Assembly (NCBI GenBank): GCA_964016885.1
Contig: OZ024740.1
Coordinates: 227,850,001 to 227,914,000 of the forward strand
Source: Eledone cirrhosa
Lineage: Eukaryota
Length of the DNA stretch: 64,000 nucleotides
Reading direction: 5' to 3'
The notes under the pieces: model-generated
What the model saw: only the letters and a program-made list of their open reading frames with translations
The model's database searches: none
Told to the model about the DNA's origin: nothing
Shown: positions 56,210 through 64,000 of the stretch, in pieces
How positions within the stretch are numbered: the stretch's first letter is position 1
Layout of the letters: the number at the start of each line of letters is the position of its first letter
Translations under genes and position numbers: made by a program

Positions 56210-56495
56210 AATGTCATCGAATGTGCTGTGCTGGAGCTGTTAGGCTCTGCTGCACTTCGGGTTGAGGAGAGCAAACTCTCCAAGTATCGGTCGCTCTCCG
56301 GAAGGTTTGCTGTTGTGTCCCTAGCAGTGGAGACTTCTGGTGTCCTTGGCCCTAGGGCCACCTCCCTAGTTACCACCATAGGCGCTGAGCTGGCCAGCTG
56401 CAGGTGTGAGCCTCGCGAGATGGAGTGGCTCTTCCAGCGCATCTCCTTTACCATCCTCCAGGGAAATGCCTTCTCCATTCTGTCCGCCGGGGCCG
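56210..56495 (+). mobile_element. CRE-clade non-LTR retrotransposon 3' fragment (restriction-like endonuclease C-terminus)
   Basis: AALRVEESKLSKY...LAVETSGVLG...WLFQRISFTILQGNAFSIL resembles the CRE pattern E..K..KY / ET.G..G / QR.S..IQ.GNA; GC-rich island. Confidence 0.8.
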
Positions 56496-57001
56496 TGGGG
56501 TGGCCAGCACGTGGGACCCCATTTGCTCATAATACAGAGAGACGGGGAGGACGAGAGAGATGGGAGTTCGGCTCTTCCGTGATCGGACACATTTATCAAT
56601 TTTATGTTGCTGTTGGTTATGCTTATCTTGCTGAATCTTGCTTTCAAGAAAATAATACAGGAAATTGTGTATTTTTTAAAACACTATACCTGGTTGCTGA
56701 CATAACTCATATATATATTAAAGAAAATCAAATGCGAATAACCGGTTGCTGACTTTTAATTCTCTTTCAAATGTCATTTGTATCGGCATCTATACTTAGT
56801 TTTAAAAATACATGTTAAATCGTAGATTAGTCCTCACTATATCAATATATCTATACGCATATGCACATGTATGTATATGCACACACATATATATATGTGT
56901 GTGTGTGTGTGTGTACCTACCTATGTATATATATGCATTTATATATATATATATAAAGAGAGAAAGAGAGCTACATACACACACATAAATACGTGTAAGC
57001 A

Positions 57002-57054
<53 letters not shown>

Positions 57055-57156
57055 AGATTTACATATACACGAACTAGACAAAGTCATAGATATATATGTT
57101 TTGGCAACCATTCACGATGTGGCTCAATGATGAATTAATAAATTAAATAATCAGAG

Positions 57157-57784
57157 CAATATACTATAAAGTATGTCCCTAGAATCATTTGATAATATAT
57201 ATAAACCATTTCCTCTCCCAATTAGCATAATTAACCACACAAAAAAACAATTAGACAAGGCTATAAGATTAAACGGCACCTATGAAGAAATAGTAGATAA
57301 AAAAACGACGGCAATCTATTCGCGACCAACCGCTATAGAATATTTACCCAACATTTCAATAGCACGTGGAAATCGATTAAATATACCGTCAAGCATACAC
57401 AATTAACTATAAAATTAAAGTTAGAAGAAAAAATGCATATACACATACCAGGATTACGTTTCTACCCTAGGGTTTCGTTCGCTTTCGGAAATATCCTATT
57501 AAGGATAAAATCTCGACTTCGAACTCATCAGGAAACAAACTCATTTGGACAAAGAATTTTCTTAAGTGATCCCCGCCAGAAACGAATTCAAAATGGCTAA
57601 GAACTGTGACGTGGTTGGTCGCGAATAGATTGCTGTCGTTTATTTATCTACTTTCTTCATAGGTGCCTTTTAATCTTATAGCCTGGTATAATTGATTTTT
57701 TGTGTGGTTAATTATGCTAATTGTGAGAGGAAATGGTGTATATATATTATCAAATGATTCTAAGGACATACTTTATAGTATATT
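57157..57784. mobile_element. Inverted-repeat element (arms about 57157-57332 and 57611-57784) with a hammerhead in the spacer; probable Penelope pseudo-LTR remnant
   Basis: Arms are diverged reverse complements, flanked by TA tracts. Confidence 0.8.
57458..57536 (-). ncRNA. Type I hammerhead ribozyme with extended stem II
   Basis: GTTTC CTGATGA GTTCG ...(internal TATCCT/AGGATA hairpin)... CGAAC GAA ACCCTAGGGT A GAAAC; canonical core, 10-nt palindromic stem III. Confidence 0.9.
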
Positions 57785-57987
57785 ATATATATATTATATA
57801 TATATTAGATATATATATTATATATATATTAGATTACCGATATAAAGGACACAGAAGCGAAAAGCGAAAACCAACCAAACAGTGAGTGTGTTCTGTTATT
57901 AATTCTGGCAATATTACACAAATATGACCCTCCCCAAGTATAACAATATTTGTTTCGACACACGATTTAATATAAAAAACCTCGCAA

Positions 57988-57990
<3 letters not shown>

Positions 57991-58030
<40 letters not shown>

Positions 58031-58053
58031 ATATTATATATATATATATATAT

Positions 58054-58087
<34 letters not shown>

Positions 58088-58093
58088 ATATAT

Positions 58094-58125
<32 letters not shown>

Positions 58126-58219
58126 ATATATTATATATATATATATATATTATATATATATATATATTATATATATATATATATATATAAATATATTATA
58201 TATATATATATATTATATA

Positions 58220-58250
<31 letters not shown>

Positions 58251-58304
58251 AATATATTATATATATATATATATATATAAATATATTATATATATTATAT
58301 ATAT

Positions 58305-58337
<33 letters not shown>

Positions 58338-58359
58338 AATATATTATATATATATATAT

Positions 58360-58391
<32 letters not shown>

Positions 58392-58463
58392 ATTATATAT
58401 ATATATATTATATATATATATATTATATATATATATTATATATATATATATTATATATATATA

Positions 58464-58558
<95 letters not shown>

Positions 58559-58603
58559 ATATATATTATATATATATATATATATTATATATATATATAT
58601 ATA
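57991..58603. repeat. Long imperfect (TA)n array
   Basis: Directly visible. Confidence 0.98.
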
Positions 58604-60862
58604 TCATCATCATCATCATCATCATCACCGTTTTACGTCCGTTCTTCCACGCTAGCATGGGTTAGACGGGTTGTCCTGTTGTGGGCAGTGTCTGGTCGGC
58701 TGACCATGCCTTGCTCATACAGGAACTGATCTGGCTTGATTTCTACAGCTGGATGCCCTTCCTAACACCAACCTCATTTACAGTGAGTGCTGGGTGCTTT
58801 TTCGTGGCGCCTACACGTCCACTTTACAGTGTGGGCTGGGTGCTTTTTTGCCGTGGCACCTCCACGACCACCTTGCGGTGGGGGGAGTGGGGGCATATTG
58901 TTTATATGCTTCAGCATGTACCCATGGGAGGTCGGGTACCCTGTATTACTGCGTGACGCCAGAAGTCACGGTCGTGTGTCATTGACTTTGAGAGGTGTAG
59001 TTGGGTAAGGTCGGCTTTTATCACCTCATCCCAAGTCATCTTGGGTCTCCCCACTCCGCGGTTTCCATCAACTTCTAGTGCTCTGCACCTTTTTATGCAG
59101 CTGTCATCCTTCATACGCATCACATGTCCATACCAGCGTAACCGCCTCTCCTGCACGCAGCATTTGATTCCTCTTATGCTCAGTCTCTCTCTCAATTCCT
59201 TTATGCTTTGTCGTTCACGTATATTACTGTTACACATCCATCGGAGCATGCAGGCTTCGTTTCTCTCTAATCTACGTAAGTCTTCCACCTTCAGCGCCCA
59301 GGTCTCACTACCATGCAACATCGCTGTTCGGATACACGCATCATACAGTCTGCCTTTCATTCTGAGGGAGAAGCCTTTTGCAGCTAGCAGTGGTAGTAGT
59401 TCCCTAAACTTCTTCCATCCCGTTCTTACCCTAGTTATTGTACTTTCTGAGCACCCACCTCCGTTGCTAAATTCGGTCACCTAGGTAGCAGAAGCTGTCT
59501 ACTGTTTCTACAGGGCCCTCCCAGAGATTGGTGGTACTTGTTTCCTGTGGCTGTTTGCTTGCTGTTTCAGCACAGCTGCTGCATGTGAATCCTACATTCT
59601 TAATTAAGCTTCCTGAGATCCCGCTACATCTCTTGTGTACCCATTGTTTGCATTTGGGGCAGAGAATGGAGTTCCTACCTACACCTTTCCTACATACTGA
59701 GCAAGGCCATTTCCCTGAGGGGATCTGGGTTCTGTTTTCTCGTCTACTTATAAGGACCTTAGTCTTTGTCATGTTGACTTTGAGGCCCTTTCTCTCTAGT
59801 CCCTGCTTCCAGGTTTGGAATTTATTCTCTAGTTCTACCATAGATTCAGCTATGAGTGCGAGGTCATCAGCATACAGGAGTTCCCATGGGCATCCGGTCT
59901 TAAACTCCTCCGTTATTGCCTGCAGGACTATGATGAACAGGAGAGGGCTAAGAACAGAGCCCTGGTGGACCCCAACCTGTACGCTAAATTCCTCGCTATA
60001 CTCATTGCCAATCCTAACTTTGCTGACTGCTCCCCTATACATGGCTTGTACCGCTTTCACAAGCCATTCATCTACTCCTAGTTTTCTAAGAGCCCACCAG
60101 ATTACTGCACGTGGAACTCTGTCAAAGGCTTTCTCAAGGTCGACAAATGCCAAGTAGAGTGGCTTACTTTTAGCTAGGTACTTTTCCTGTAATTGCCTCA
60201 CAAGGAAGAGGGCATCAGTGGTGCCTTTCCCTGGTACAAACCCAAATTGCATCTCGTCTATATTCACCCGGTCCCTAATCAGCTGTGCTATAACTCTTTC
60301 TGTTACTTTCATGACCTGGTCCATCAACTTTATACCTCTATAGTTTCCTCTATCTAGTGCATCGCCTTTACCTTTGTAGCAGTTGACAATGATGCTACTG
60401 CACCAATCTTTTGGTATGGCCCCCTCTAGTATTACCTGGTTAACGATACGTGTGGTTATAGTGTGACCTACAGACCCAGATGCCTTCAGCATCTCGGCAG
60501 CTATACCCGATGGACCGGTTGCCTTCCCTATCTTCATATCTCTGATTGCCTTACTTACTACGCTGCCGCTGACTTGTACTGCTGGTCCCGCTATAGGGTC
60601 TACGTGGGGTAGGGTCTCTTCTTCCCATGCATTCTCCTCATTTAGTAATCTATCATAATGACTCTTCCATGCATCTTTCTTCTCAGCACTTGTGAGGGCA
60701 AGCTCACCTTTATCATTCCGGATACACTTCTCTCCAATGACATCACAACTATCTCTGACACACTGCCTCGCAATCTTGAATACCTCCTGTTTCTGGTCCT
60801 CACGTTGTAAAACATGCTTGAATTTTCTATCCTCTGCTTCCCTCCTAGCTAAGTATACTTGT
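58604..60862 (-). mobile_element. 5'-truncated RTE (BovB-like) LINE with (GAT)n tail
   Basis: RT ORF 59467-60537 (YRGIKL, QFGF, FVDLEKAFD, GVHQGSVLSP, YADD), single frameshift near 59470, C-terminus 58911-59480 (HGSETW, RRLRWYGHV, GRP..TW); embedded between TA arrays. Confidence 0.95.
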
Positions 60863-62010
<1,148 letters not shown>

Positions 62011-62028
62011 ATTAAAATAACAGATTAA

Positions 62029-62079
62029 AGTTTAAGCAAAGAATCGCTGCTTTCACCCTTAACGGGATCTTCTGAAACT
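62029..62079 (-). ncRNA. Type I hammerhead ribozyme-like motif (U4A variant) at the Penelope 3' end
   Basis: AGTTT CAGAAGA TCCC GTTAA GGGT GAA AGCA GCGATTCTT TGCT T AAACT: stems I, II and III pair; the core has A in place of U4. Confidence 0.65.
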
Positions 62080-63007
62080 AACAAAGTCAATCTGTAAACG
62101 CAGAACTGGATATTTCAAAAAACGTTGCAACCGGAGGAAGACAGGAAGACGATACTTTGGTTCGTGGTAACGTTCTCTGGCAAAGAACGGGAAAAAACGA
62201 ATAATACGTCATTAATAGGAGCGGTGAAAAACAATTACGCGCAAAGACAAAACCACGTTTATGGTATAAAAGAGGTCGTAGACTAATGTTCTCTTAAGTG
62301 GTGCATAGAGACGTTCTCTGGCAATGAACGAAAAAACGAAGATAATAAGTCATATGTGGAGCGTGGAGAACAATAGCACGCAAAGACAAAACTACGTAAA
62401 TGGTATAGCAGAAATCGTAGACTAAAATTCTAACTAGGAGACCAAATGAATCTCCGCTACAGAGTTAAGAACAAAGTAAATAAATACAATACAGAAGTAA
62501 TAGGAACAAATAAATACATACACGCAAACAGATACGTACATACACAAGCATATGCAAAACCTTACCATGGGTATACAAAACCACGCACATATAAATATGT
62601 GTGTGTGTGTATGTTTGTGTACAAATAAATAAATAATTATATAAACATATATAAGTAAATAAATACGTATATAACAAGCGCACACGCATACCTACATATA
62701 AATACACGAATGTTCGGAGACGTAAGTCAACTAAAACAAGAAGTACACATATACACACACCCACCATACGTACGAACCTGCACACTCACGCGGACGCAAA
62801 ACTCCCGTATACACATAGCCAAACCCTAAATACCAGAATATGTAAAAATTATACGCTATAACAGTCAAATATACGTACGAGAAGGTATACATACCTTCAC
62901 AAAACATACGGGTAATATATACTTACCTATGCAAATACGTAAAGGAATAAACAAAACATATACTTAGCTCCCACATCAAGACGTAAAATATCCACGTATA
63001 GATCGTG

Positions 63008-64000
63008 CTATCCGTTAAGGTATAACGTGGGGCTGTAATACCGGAAAGTTTTGTGCAATTTATGTTTACAAGCCGAAATTGCCTCAGATTTTTTGTTTAA
63101 GATGTGGTCTGTAGCGTAGAGTATTTCCAGGGCCTCAGCGGCGCAGAGGTCACATGGTCTTTTATTTCCGTTATACGATCTAGCCCTAGCTAGGATCTCC
63201 CAGTGTAACTTATATTGGGTGTGGTTGTCTTTTAGACTCCAGATATAAGCTGAAAGTGACGTCATATTCCTTCTTAGAGGGTAACGAAAAGAATGGGTAT
63301 GCATGTAAAGACGCTGCTTGAAACTATTGGCGGTTAACCCTATGTAGGCCCTACGGGACGTGGGTGTTACAACCTTACATTTGTAGACAATGTTACTAGA
63401 GAGGCATTTCCCGGATAGGGGGCAATCAGCCCGATTCCTACAATTACAGTTAGTACTACCTACAGGGTTGCACGTGTTCCTACGGCTAGGTAGTTTAGCT
63501 AAATTTGAAGCTGTGATGTTATCTGCAAGGTTAGGAGTCGTAGAGTAAGAAATTTTAATAGTATTTCTATTAAAAATTTTACTATATTTATGTGTAGGGG
63601 GAAAATGCTTCGTAATAAGGGAAAGAAAGATCTTAGCTAATGGTGTGGCCACCTCCATATTATATGGTGGGTTAAACCAACAAATGCGACGGGATCTATT
63701 TCTTCTAGGTCTATTTTCGTACACTGTATATGCTACCTTATCGACAAATCCACTTCGAGCAAGAGCTTCATTGTAATAAGTGGAATGGTCGTTGAAAATG
63801 CGCTCGTTGGTGGAAAGACGGGAAAGCCTCAACGAAACGTTTCTTACCAGGTTCTTGGTTATGCTGGCAGGATGGTTGGAATGCTTACTTATGTAATTAA
63901 GCGTATCATTCGGCTTTCTATACGGGTAATACAACCCATTCAATAAATTGAGGGTAACGTCGAGGTAATTAACGACCGAGAGATTGGCCTCAACCTGTAT
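63008..64000 (-). CDS. Penelope-like element polyprotein, C-terminal half (RT motif E/thumb, Cys-rich linker, GIY-YIG endonuclease); 5' part lies beyond the window
   Basis: Frame is open to the window edge (IQVEANLSVVNYLDVTLNLL), then YRKP..YI...SNHP thumb, WFNPPY, CNCRNRADCPLSGKC linker, NIVYKC...AYIGLT..FKQRLYMH GIY-YIG, CDLC..E...I and LNKKSE...CKH. Confidence 0.93.
   Translation of the reverse strand: MQVEANLSVVNYLDVTLNLLNGLYYPYRKPNDTLNYISKHSNHPASITKNLVRNVSLRLSRLSTNERIFNDHSTYYNEALARSGFVDKVAYTVYENRPRRNRSRRICWFNPPYNMEVATPLAKIFLSLITKHFPPTHKYSKIFNRNTIKISYSTTPNLADNITASNLAKLPSRRNTCNPVGSTNCNCRNRADCPLSGKCLSSNIVYKCKVVTPTSRRAYIGLTANSFKQRLYMHTHSFRYPLRRNMTSLSAYIWSLKDNHTQYKLHWEILARARSYNGNKRPCDLCAAEALEILYATDHILNKKSEAISACKHKLHKTFRYYSPTLYLNG

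Larger units (their letters stand above)
62011..64000 (-). mobile_element. Penelope-like retroelement (possibly Nematis-type), 3' region ending in a (TA)n tract
   Basis: ORF followed by about 1 kb of non-coding sequence with a diverged direct repeat (about 62170-62287 and 62311-62425) and a terminal hammerhead-like motif; it abuts the TA array. Clade assignment is inferred from the linker motif. Confidence 0.8.

Noticed and set aside
63008-64000. Naiad-type selenoprotein Penelope element
   Set aside because: The endonuclease is C-terminal and there is no in-frame TGA in the visible part.

Overview
AT-rich, microsatellite-laden animal genomic DNA. The SINE content suggests a coleoid cephalopod such as Octopus (inference). 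No host protein-coding gene can be supported. The window is mostly transposable elements: a near full-length but disabled CR1-type LINE, two 5'-truncated RTE LINEs, the intact 3' half of a Penelope-like element (RT thumb plus GIY-YIG) running off the right edge, CRE and RTE-X fragments, CORE-type and Meta-type tRNA-derived SINEs, an (ATGT)n-targeting non-autonomous RTE-like element, and several DNA-transposon MITEs. The main hidden signal is about 13 type I minimal hammerhead ribozyme motifs (CUGANGA...GAAA...UH, paired stems I and II, mostly palindromic stem III). They sit in fold-back or pseudo-LTR elements in or beside (TA)n tracts, and one is at the 3' terminus of the Penelope-like element. 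All structures were paired by eye, and repeat boundaries are approximate.
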